Under the pieces are notes generated by a model that saw nothing but the letters and a program-made list of their open reading frames with translations, searched no databases and had not been told where the DNA came from. Shown piece after piece: positions 47,178-58,300 of a stretch of DNA of 64,000 bases; within the stretch, counting starts at the first letter, position 1, and every line of letters starts with the position of its first letter. A program made the translations under genes and the position numbers. Source of the stretch: Entomortierella parvispora E1425 (lineage: Eukaryota; Fungi; Mortierellomycota); assembly GCA_020891255.1 (NCBI GenBank), contig BQFW01000002.1, forward strand, positions 1,984,001-2,048,000. Direction: 5' to 3'.

Positions 47178-47224
47178 ATCACGTGAGACTCGACCACGTG
47201 ACCACGTGACCATATGATCACGTG
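47178..47224. promoter_or_regulatory. Cluster of four CACGTG E-boxes upstream of tRNA-Val; the nearest is ATCACGTGAG at about -58 to -65
   Basis: atcacgtgagactcgaccacgtgaccacgtgaccatatgatcacgtg. Confidence 0.5.
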
Positions 47225-47952
47225 TGTTGCACCATGGGCAACTCAAAAAAAAAAAAAAAAGGGAAAGCAAGGTAGCAGAAGATGATATTGTTTGGAAGGG
47301 CAAGATCTGGCGCGTAGAGTGGTAGGCATGTCAACACTTGTGTGGCCGAGAGATCTGCAACGCTGATTAGTAAATTGTTGACAATGTTTGTAGTTCCGTA
47401 GGCAGAGTGCTCTGTCGTTATCGAAGCTAAATCCTCGGCAACCCTTTACCAGCAATAAAAAAGAGAAGGCGCCAGGTTCAACGCGCCATAAATACCTACA
47501 TGTCTAACGAGAAAATGAGACTCACGCCAAGGAAGCGGGCAGTATTGTTGCCAATGAAGGCAAGCATCGATGTTTTCCGAAATAAGCTTTCCATCCTTGG
47601 CAAGCTCACACACAGCCGCATTTACCGAGTCAAGGACAGGATTATCGCGCAGCAGATGCAAACATCCTTTGTAGGACATGCCTAAATGAACATAAACCTT
47701 CCATGGGACCCAATTATTACAGTGGACTGGTAACCACAGCCATCACAGCCATGGAGCAAGGAGAAATCGACAAAGCTTGTTGCTGTTGCCAAGTATAGGT
47801 CAAGACTCTCGGATTTCATCTTGTCAAAACGAATAAAAGGCCTTTAACCATCGCCACTTTCCATCCCGTTGTCACATTCTGTTATAATCCTCTCATCTAT
47901 CTCCTAGAACCTCTCTCTCAAAACATCAAAGAATTTCACTCTCCTTCCTGTA

Positions 47953-50109
47953 ATGGTGTTTATTTCGATCAAGACGCTGATCCTGTCGATCTCGGCTGCT
48001 GCCATGGTGACTGCGGCAGTCGCAGGTTCCACCTCGGGTGGCTGCGCGGACCTTGCATCGAAGAAAGGCACCAACATCACCTATGTTGACGTGAAGAATT
48101 GTTACGATTCGATCCCGTTCAATAAGGCCATTGCCCGATCCACTCTCGAGACCGTCACCACTCTCTTTGATCAGTACTATATCTCTCGGGACTGGGCCAC
48201 AGCTCCTCATTTGCCCAAACCTTTCGAGAGCGATCCCGTCGACATTGTTGCAAAGCTGAAGAAGATTGGACGCACCAGTTACACGAGCGATCGCAAGTTC
48301 CACACGGACATTTATGAGGCTATCGAGTCCCTCCATGATGGTCATGCTGCTTATGGTCGTAAGTATCAATCTCCGAGAAAAGTGATCATCTCCCGTTCCT
48401 CGTTTCTTTTTTTTAGTTACTGCTCAAAGTCTGACATGTTACTTGTCATTCTTCTCCTATATAGCCTATTGCTACAGCGCCTATCTCTTTGGACAGCCTT
48501 TGAACCTGTACGCACCTGTTATCAATGGCAAGCAGGTAAATTACCAAGGCTTTTGCATCGCCATCACCTGTACCAGTTGTGTTCTCAGAGCAAGTCTTGA
48601 CGCGAATGGTCTTTGTTAATTTGACAGGTTCTCCAGGTTTACAAGGACAACCTTGATCGCGGCTATGAGGACTGCGATGTCATCAAGATCGATGGCAGGA
48701 ATGCCATGGCCGAGATCAAGAAGCGCGCCAATGTTCTTATGACCTCTAAGGATCCCAACGTGCGTTTCAACGAGGCTTTGGCTTCGATGGCCTACAGTCA
48801 GGAGGCTGGAACCTTTGTTACCATCCCCGGCCAATTTGCCAACAGACAGTCCCTGCCCGAGCGCCCTTCTGTCCATTACGAGCTCAGGTGTCCTAAATCA
48901 AAGAGGACTATCTTGGTGGACGATGCGTGGGTCATTTCCCCTCAGGGTCCTTGGCAGTTCACCGACACGGACTCGTACTACAAAAGCGTTTGTCTCGCTC
49001 CCTCGAGCCCAGCCGCTAGCTCTGTTGCGAAGCGCGACTTGGATGCTGTACCTTTCAGGCGCCACGACGAAGTGGTCTCAAAGCGAGCCCTCGAAGAGCC
49101 AGCTAAAGATCTCCCTCCTCCCATCCTCGCCCCTGCTTACCCTTTGGCGACTCGGATCGGAGTCGGTAACAGCACTGTTTTCTATCAGCTCAAGGACCAC
49201 CCCACTGTTGGTGTTGTTGTGATTTATGTCATGGCTATCGATTTCGCTGAAATTGATTTCATGTACCAGTCGCTTGACACCCTCTACGAGAGTGGTGTGA
49301 CAGACATCATCATCGATGTCGTTGGTGGTAATGGTGGCTACGCCAATGTCGGCCCTGATATTGCCCAACTTTTCTTTCCCAACAAAGGGCCTCTCGACAA
49401 AGCTGCTTCTATGAACTTTCGCGTTACCCCGGCGATTCAGAAGCTCAGCGCTAAGGTCTTCAACTCGACCGACGGAGGCATGAGTCAGGTTGGCAATATG
49501 TTCAGTGTGGACGGTGGCGGTTTCTACGACGCCTCACGCTTCTTTGATTTTGGAAAGAACCACATGTACAGCGACAATTCGCTCTTCTTGAACACTGTCA
49601 CCGAATCCCATCATGGACGCAAGGCCGTTTACACGAAGATGACCTCCTACCAGCCTCATACCCACCCTACCCATCCTAATGTCGCCAAATACCCCTGGAC
49701 CAATAACCCCGACCGCCTGCGCATCGTCACAGACGGACGTTGCGTCTCTGCCTGTGCCAACGCCATCTACTTCCTCGCCAACCAGTACAAGGTCAAGTCT
49801 TATGGAATTGGCGGTAACCCTGGTCAGCCTCTGTCAAAGTATGCATACGCAGCTGGAGCGGCCATCTACATTGAAAAATTCCAGGCTATGTTTGCTTTTG
49901 CCAATGTGACCAGTCCCGTCAAGGATCTGCCTTACCAGGCCATCTTGGGATGGACTGTTGCCGAGATCTTTGCGCCCGGTAGTAAGCTTCCTCTGGAGTT
50001 TGATGCCGCTCGTCATCCCACCGACTACCGCCTCAATTATGATCCCGTCAACGCTCGATCTCGTGAGGCCATGTGGAGCCAGGTTGCCACGGCTGCCTGG
50101 AAGAAATAG
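47953..50109 (+). CDS. Secreted peptidase S41 (CPAF/tail-specific protease-like); introns ~48358-48465 and ~48535-48626
   Basis: Signal peptide MVFISIKTLILSISAAAMVTAAVA; LHDGHAAY; IIIDVVGGNGGY; IVTDGRCVSAC; YGIGG. Confidence 0.8.
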
Positions 50110-50464
50110 GCACCTCCATGTAGTTAGGACAAATGGTAGTATTTAACAGTCAAAAAGACATGCCTATGTGGGCGTCCCAATAGACAAATAAGATACTACA
50201 AAGTACCTGCAGCAGATGTATTTTCTCTCATCCAACATGACCTATATTCTAAAAAAAAAAAAACCTCTTGGGGGACATCCTGCAGTCGAGCTCTGGAGAA
50301 AGAATCCGTGAAATACACCTGACGTTTCAACGGGTCATGCCAACAGAACAAAACCAAGTCCGCACAGCGGACCGAATTCAAGGTCGCTCAATAAAGCAAC
50401 CCACGTATTCTCGGGATCAGGGACTACTCAGCCGTTCGGCGGTATTAATACATCGTCTAATTTA

Positions 50465-51509
50465 TTATTTTCTTGTGTCTGGATCGCCCACCGGTACCAT
50501 CTCGTAGCGATCTGACGTCCTTTGGCGACCAAGGTTCTGCCCACCCATAATACTCGACCTGACGGACGGAGAGTAGCTTCCTCGGACTGCTGTCGCATCT
50601 TCGCTCGAACGCGCCTTTTGCGGCATCATGGCTCGGACGGCTGAGGAAGAAAGGTCTGCCCCTGAGGAATCCATGGATTCCATCAGCAATCCTGCTGATT
50701 CTTCATCGCCTCCATGACCACTGCTTCCAGAGATCCCGCCCTGGTTACTTCCACTCACAGACTGACTTGAGTTATTGCCGTTGGTTCCAGTGTTGTTGTT
50801 GTTGTTCCCGCCAAGTACTATAGGTTCCATTTCTAGCTGCATGCACACATATTCGCCTCCAAAGATCATGATTCCACATGTAGTTCCGTTGAGGGCCCAC
50901 CACAAGAAGCTTGACGGGACGTGATCAGAGTAAAGGGTTGTCATCAGGACGTGATAGAGCAGAAGAGTGAGCGAAAAATCCAGAACGAGTCTTGCTCTTG
51001 ACACGATCTTGAGAAGGAGATAGACCCTGGAAAATGATGCAGGCGCATCCGAAATAATCGCATTTGAGTATTAATATAATTGGAAACGTTTCTAGTTGAG
51101 GCTGGACCCGTTTGAGACCCATGATGAGGTCAAAACAGAAAAAAAGGGGGGGTTCTTCTTACCCTACTACAGAGTTGAGTAGCCATGCCAGGCCGAGTAC
51201 CATGCCTTGTGCATTGTCTGCTCTGATTTCGCGAAAGTTGAGGATGGCATCCAAGGTAAGGTCCGTCCCTGATAGTTTAGAGAAGATATAGACGATGGTC
51301 GAGATGGAGATGTACCAGATAGCTTGTAGGCACACAATTTGAGACTGGATGCACCATTGAAAGTGAAGGAGAGGCAAAGAATGTTAGTGTCGGATGCCAG
51401 TTTACAGCATGCTGAAGCAAGAATGCGCGTGTCTTCTGAGAAAAAGTCGTACGAGGATCAGGACCGGGTCCCACTGAGTGGCGCGGAAAGATGAGGTATT
51501 GGATGACAT
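50465..51509 (-). CDS. SYS1: Golgi integral membrane protein Sys1, 3 exons, with a long C-terminal tail
   Basis: QWDPVLIL|SQIVCLQAIWY..VSRARLVLDFSLTLLLYHV..PSSFLWW..GEYVCMQLEMEPI. Confidence 0.9.
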
Positions 51510-51660
51510 GACATACGAAATGGAAGTTGTTGAGAAGAGTGATGCAAAGATGTGTCGGGTGAAGAGAACAAGGAGTTGGGCGAAGGGAGAAGAGAAGGTT
51601 TGAATAAAAAAGCTTTGAATAGTATAATCTGTTATTAGTTTTTAATCTGGTTTTTGGTTA

Positions 51661-52578
51661 TCATTGACGGTTGGCCTGCACGCGGTCCATTTGAGACAGC
51701 ACGCTGTCCAGGTCCCACTTCTGGCCCGTCCACTTTAGCGCTTGCCATCCACCTTGTTCCACCAAAACCTCGCCTCCTTCAACTGTTGCCCATCCAGCCT
51801 GCTTTGCGAGCTTCAAGAACCTCGTGAATCGAGGCGTGTAAGCCAACTCAACCGCGACACCCCGACGTGGCTGATCCGCGTCAGAGCCCACTGTAAAGAT
51901 CGATCCTTCGAACATGGACTCTGAGTCAATCGTACCAGGGACTGTCGCGACAATCAGATCAAATCCCTCCTGTCGAGTTTCTGACGAGGATAAAGAGATC
52001 AAGTCGTTGGCACCCAAGACATGGACAGGGAACAGACTCTTAAAGCTCTCTGCCACTGACTGAGCTCTGACCAATGTCCGGTTGTAGATCGAGATGTCTG
52101 TGCAGCCCAATCGATGGAGGGCATAAACGGCAGCTCGAGAGGTTCCTCCTGCGCCAATGACTAGGCCTCTCATCTTTGTAGGGTCCACCTTGGTTGTCGA
52201 GCTCAGGTGACGCTTGATCTGATACGAGATTCCGAGCCAGTCCGTGTTGTCTCCCACCAGCTTTTTCTTTCCGTTCGTCGCGTCCACTTCGACGGGAATA
52301 ACGGTGTTGACGGCGCCAATGGCCTGAGCTTCTGGGGTGATCTCGTCCAATTTGCCCATGATATCCAGCTTGTGAGGGATTGTCACACTGGCGCCTCCAA
52401 ACTCGGGTGCCCGCATCTTGCTCACTACGGAGGCATCCACCTCGGCAGTCTCATGGAGACTGTAGTGGTAAGGGAGGTGCAGGGATTGGAATGAGGTGTT
52501 GTGCATGAGCGGAGAGAGCGACTGCTGAATGGGGGTACCAAACAGGTAGAATTGCTTTTCAGGGGAAGGAGCAGCCAT
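51661..52578 (-). CDS. Stand-alone shikimate/quinate 5-dehydrogenase (AroE fold), intronless
   Basis: FYLFGTPIQQSLSPLMHN, GASVTIPHK, IGAVNT, GDNTDWLG, GAGGTSRAA, YNRT, ELAYTP and GGEVLVEQG. Confidence 0.92.
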   Translation of the reverse strand: MAAPSPEKQFYLFGTPIQQSLSPLMHNTSFQSLHLPYHYSLHETAEVDASVVSKMRAPEFGGASVTIPHKLDIMGKLDEITPEAQAIGAVNTVIPVEVDATNGKKKLVGDNTDWLGISYQIKRHLSSTTKVDPTKMRGLVIGAGGTSRAAVYALHRLGCTDISIYNRTLVRAQSVAESFKSLFPVHVLGANDLISLSSSETRQEGFDLIVATVPGTIDSESMFEGSIFTVGSDADQPRRGVAVELAYTPRFTRFLKLAKQAGWATVEGGEVLVEQGGWQALKWTGQKWDLDSVLSQMDRVQANRQ

Positions 52579-53089
52579 GGTTGGGATGGAGAAGAGGAGT
52601 GGAGTGGAGTGAAGACGGGACAAAGAACGCTTGAAAGAACGCACGAGTGAAAGAGTGAGTCAATCTCAAATAAAAATAGCTCGAATAAAGCAGAGTGACG
52701 TCACATAGCCAGATTAAAAATTGAAAATAAATAATCCCCAAAAAGACAAAACTGCCAAATCGGGCACACTTTCAGCTCAGCGCCAGGGACAAAGAGCGCA
52801 CCCAAAAAAGACGGCCGCCGACTGGTGCGAAGTCCCTTTTTCCCCTCTGCTCTCCCACAGTCTGTCCTTCCTGTCCGGCTTTGAATCCGTTCCTCCTCCG
52901 ATCACTCTCTCTCATTCCTTCTTCTTCCTCTCCTTCTCTCTTCATCTTTTCTTCATCCCTTCCCTACTCCACCAGTCCTCTCTTTCTTCTTCTTCTTTTC
53001 TTTTCTGCACCCTCACCCCGTTCGCCCCATCGTGGATCAGACTTGTGGATCAGCTTTTCAATCGCATACTTTTGACCCAGCCGACAATC

Positions 53090-54953
53090 ATGTCATCCAA
53101 CGGCGAGATCTCCTCGTCCCCCGCCTCGCCTGCTCCATCCCCTGCCACCGCCATCGCCCATCAGCTCCAGTCGACCTTTGGCAGCAGTGACTCCTCCAAT
53201 GCTGCGGCCTTGAAGCGCGCCCTTCCCCCATCAACAAGTCTCCTCGAAGAACCCGAGCCACCCTACATCGATGTAAAACGGCAATCGCCCTTTGTTTCAC
53301 AGGAGTGCCGAGCAAAGAGAGCAAAAAGTCCATTTGTGCAGGCATACTAATCTGTTCTATAAACTTTACTCTTCCAATCTAGGTCTTGATTGCAGGAGGA
53401 ATGGGAGGCACGATCGCCGATTTCATTATGCATAGGTAGGACCACAATATTCAGGCCAGGGCGTCTGACAGACACACGATGATTCAAAGAGGGAAAAAAA
53501 ATCTTTGTCCTCCCTGTTGGATCCCGACCATTTGTTTGTCGTTCCTGCGTCTGTGCATTCAGCTTCTTTTGGTGGCAACCCATTAATTGTCCTTTTGTTA
53601 CTCTTTTTCATTAGTGTGGATACGGTCAAGACCCGATTGCAAGGACAGCCCTCCGCCAACCCACCAAAATACAACAACATGTTCCATGCCTACAGCACTA
53701 TCCTGCGCGAGGAGGGTGTTTCCCGAGGACTTTACAGTGGTGTTGCTCCTGCCATGACGGGATCTTGTACGTTGTGTGCCATGGTTGCCCAATTCCATTT
53801 CTGCAAGCGTTTGCCAATCATGGAGATGGACACTGACGCTCTTGTTTTTTCACAATTGTCGTGACATAGTGCCCGGAACTACTCTTTACTTTGGAACATA
53901 CGAATATACCAAGCGCACTTTGACCGCTGCAGGATGCCCTGATACCTTGGCCCATTTGGCCGGAGGTAAGTCCCAAGTGGATTTTCGATTGGGAAAGAGT
54001 GTTCCTCTCCCGAGAAGAGCTTGGGCAATGGGTCTAACTGATTGATATCATCAACACAAATAGGATCCATCGGAGACTTTTTCGCATCGTTCATCTATGT
54101 TCCATCCGAGGTACTGAAGACAAGGATGCAGTTGCAAGGACGATACAACAACCCGTCGTTCATCAGCGGCTACAACTACAAGAACACGTGGCATGCGTTG
54201 CAAATGATTGTCAAATATGACGGCGTCGGGGCTTTATACCAGGGATACAGAGCAACTCTTCTTAGAGATGTTCCTTTCTCGGCCCTTCAATTTGCCTTCT
54301 ATGGTAAGAAGCAGGGACTACAAGGAGTACGAAATGTGACCGTGAGAGAGTTGACTTTTAATCTAACATCTTGTTTCTTTATTTTTTATGTTGTGCGTAG
54401 AAAAATTCAAGGTTGAAGCTAGGAAGTGGGAGGCTCGGCCAGATGGCCAGATGTCATTACATATCGAGACAGCTTGTGGAGCTGTCGCAGGTGGATTGGC
54501 TGGATTTTTGACAACACCTCTGGATGTCATGAAGACTCTGTTGCAAACTCAGGTTAAGAAGCCAAAGGTATTGCCTAGTCTCTATTTTATATTGTTGCTT
54601 TGGTATGATGCAATCGGCGCATGAGGGCCTTCGATTAATCTCTCTCAATCTCAAATATTTAGACCTCAATATCAACCGGGGCTGGCGCAGTTGCAACCTC
54701 CACTGTGGCGGGTGCGACTTCGACCGCATCAACGGCAGTGGCGCAAAAGTACTATGTCGGCATTTGGGATGGATTGAAATGGAATTTGAAGCATCATGGC
54801 GTGATTGGTGGCCTCTTCCGTGGCGTTGGACCAAGAGTTTTCTGGACCTCGTTGCAGAGTGCACTCATGTTTGTTATCTATGAGCAAGCTTTGCACCTTC
54901 AAGACAACATGCGGTATTTCGGACAGTGGCCCTACGGAACTGCCTCTAGTTAA
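53090..54953 (+). CDS. MME1: Mitochondrial carrier (SLC25), MME1/YMR166C-like, multi-exon
   Basis: [13 protein letters not shown]|[63 protein letters not shown] and TTPLDVMKT; matches my recollection of yeast Mme1. Confidence 0.85.
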
Positions 54954-55301
54954 AACGCACCGCAATGATCGTTCAGATCCTACCCCCGAAACCCTCTTTT
55001 TTAATTCCCTTTCTTTCTGTCGCCTTTTTCTACTTGTCATTCATTCTTTCTTTCTTTTTTTCATTCTTGCTTCTATCTTTCTTTTTCCCTACCCTCCCTC
55101 TTGTACAAAACAAAATATCACCATCGAAAACCCAGGAGATCGGATTAGCAGGTCAACACCATGCTTTCCATTTTTTTTGGTGTTGAATAGATTCTGCGCC
55201 ATTTTTTTTTCTTCATAATCTTCTCCTATAGACGCGTGAATGTAATCCAAAAAATACATTAGCCAACTTTTCCTTCAGCCTTTTTGATTTTATTGAATCC
55301 T

Positions 55302-58300
55302 CTACGACCGCTCCAAGGGTGGCAAAACAATGGCTGAGAACTGCTCGCGGATATTTTGATCTCGAAGTCGAAACAAGTCCTCGCGGACAACGATAGGGGC
55401 TGACAAGACAAGAGGGTTGGCTGTCTCTTGGATCTCCCGTCTCCTCATTGCATCGACGGATGAGGCATCTTGTCGCCGCTGTGCCGAGAGGGAGGACGAT
55501 GAAGTTGCAGAGGCCAACTTGCGCACATCCTCTTGAATCTTTAAATCGAAATCTACAACTTTGTCCTCTTCTAGTGCAAGAGAAGTAGTATTGGTTGTCA
55601 CGACCGGCTTTGAAGAAGTAGTCGAGGTCGGCGGCCCTTGGGGCGAAAGAGCGATCGGCGAAGCTGCAGGCACAGGCAATCGGGAACCCATGACTGTTGT
55701 CGTCGTAGTCAAAGCTGTTGGAGTCATCGATCGCTGCGTAGTTTGTTGTAGTGCTTGCTTGCGACCTTGACTTGAGGGAGGCGAGACGGTAGTTGAAGAG
55801 GACGATGACTCTGTGAAAATGGAGCTTGTCGATGTCGACGACGACGACGATAATTCCAAAGCTGCAGGAGGAGCGCGTGGAGGACGAAGATGGTGACCCC
55901 GGACGGTGCTCGGGTTGACCGCAGCTGCCACTTTTGCATTGGAAGAAGTGGTAGCGGTGTTTTGGTCGTCCATTGCAAGAGTAGGATGGTTACCATCAAT
56001 GATCAGGGGTAAGTCTGCAACACCCAGGCTGGACCGTCTTCCCCCATTTCCAAATGTATTGATGCTGCTGCCGCTGTTGTTGCGAAGAACCTTAGGTCGA
56101 GGTAATTGCAACGTAGGTGAGGATGCCAGCTCCCTATCTAGTGTTTCTGAAGTTTGTTCACGAGCTTGGGGTAGTTGGGTGTTGACATCTGCCCGAGTAT
56201 TAGCAACAGTCACAGGCGCTTTCAGGCCGGTAGATTTCTCTTGCCGTGGAACGTGAGCACCTGTCCTAGGCTGTGCCGATGTTGGTTTCGATGTTACAGT
56301 TAGCTTTACCTCCGCTGCGAGTGATGTTGGTGGAATATGACTTTGGGAATATTGCGATCGAGGTGTGGCATCTGCGGTCGAGGGTGGAGGCGGCAAATGT
56401 GAGTGTAAAGGCAATGGAGATTGCGCCGGACTGGCTAGTCCTGACCTTTGGTCCATAGAAAGTCGATTTTTGCTTTTGGGAGGAAGCACTGGCAGTCGGC
56501 TGGCGTGGTGATTCGTTGCTAAGTAAGGGAGGTTAGAGGTTGAATTGGTGTTCGTTCCAGTGTCGCCAATGGTAGCTCTCCTTGGAGGTTGGAGCGATGG
56601 CGATGGAGTGGGAGAAGGTGAGAATCTTGCTCTTGTTGGAGTAACAGAGCCGTCTCGTCCCAGAATGACCATCCCTTCTGCAATTCTCCTTGCTGCACTG
56701 GGCTGCCTGCTCAAGGGTACGGCTTGGCCACCCAGAGCGCTGCTATTGACACTATCGGTTGGGGAGGTCATGTCGAGGCTACTGCTCCTGGCGGGGATGT
56801 ACTGGGCATGATCCATGGCACGAGAACCCTGCAAAGCCGAGCCTCTGTGTTGTTGCTGCTGATGATAGTGTGGCATTTGCATTTGTTTTTGCCTTTGCTG
56901 TGATGGCTGGGGAGATGCGGAAGCTGGGCGTAACCACTCTTGCCGCACCTTCTGCTGAGGCTGAGGATACGAAACACGATGCTGCTGATTCCCAGAAGAT
57001 CTAATTGCCGTCCTGTATTGATGGTTGTTGGTATAGGGCTTTGGAACCATCGAAATCTGGATAAGGAGGTCCTCCACTTGAGCACAGAGATCCTGGTTCT
57101 GGATGTGGCTCAGCAGGGTACGCTAGAAACAGTATAATGCATATAAGTACTACGGTGGGGGCCATTCCTCAATCACCCAATTACTAGTAACAGGGTCTAT
57201 ACCTCAAATGCCTCTTGAAGGTGGCTGTTCCTAATGCTTTTCGCAAAGGCCAGCCCAGGGACCGAGATGTGCATATCAAACATAAGCCTGGAGACTAATT
57301 CAAGATGAGCGGTCTACGAAATATCAGTGTTAGCTACTGATGTTGTCCAGGAGGATCGATGAAGATGCATCATATTCTTACCAAGAAGGAAATGACCTCG
57401 CGATCCTCCCCGGCTTCAAATTTCAAAGTAGGGCTTGAAGTCGAAGTAGCTGCAGCAGATGTATGGCGTCTGCGCTTGATATTGTCGAGGGAAAAAAGTG
57501 AGAGTCCAGAGGTAGCTCCAGTAGGGCTGGTACTCAGGAAAGAAAGACCAGCAGCGACGGATGACCCCTTGGATGGCATTCCGTGTGTAGGTCCTGTTCT
57601 CCCGATGGGTTGTTCCTTGGCGATGGTAGTGACAGGGGTATCTTTAGTCGCATTGACTCCGCACATCTGCAGCAACTCGTCCAAGTATCCGATCCACTGG
57701 GAGTATGTCCACAGGTGCTCGTCCTCTTCGTCAGAGAACACTCCGTGAGGGCCGCCAATGATTTCGTCCGCAACGGTTTCCCTTAAAATCCGATCTCTGA
57801 GTTCTGGCTCTCGCGCTAGGATGGCCGTCAAGATGCCAACTGACGCTTGCGCATTCGAAAATGTCGGGATTTGATCCAATGAAAGAGCGGGTGATGACTG
57901 AAACGGAGAAGAAAGAGGCTTTGGGATGGAGGACGATCTAAAGCGCGGTTGCTGCTGGTAGTCTGTTGCTACGCCGGGAATAAAGCTGGGCCTGGCTTGT
58001 CTACCTTGTGTGGACTCACCAGACCGTGTTGGTACCAGCACGGGTGACTCTAAAATAGCCAGGGTTCGCATCAGCGGAAAGAATGATCTCTCTTGTACTA
58101 GGGACGAGATGCCTTCCTAAGAATGAAACGGGGTCAGTTGCACGTTTCTGCAGCCCTCTGTCATTATCTTGTTCGATTGTCGACAAATGTGCATCATTAC
58201 CTCTAGAGGAACAACGGCTTTGATGCATTGTATAACTTGATGCAAAAGGCGCTCTCGCTGCCCTTGTTTTCTAAATTAATTAACAGTGTCAGTATTGTTC

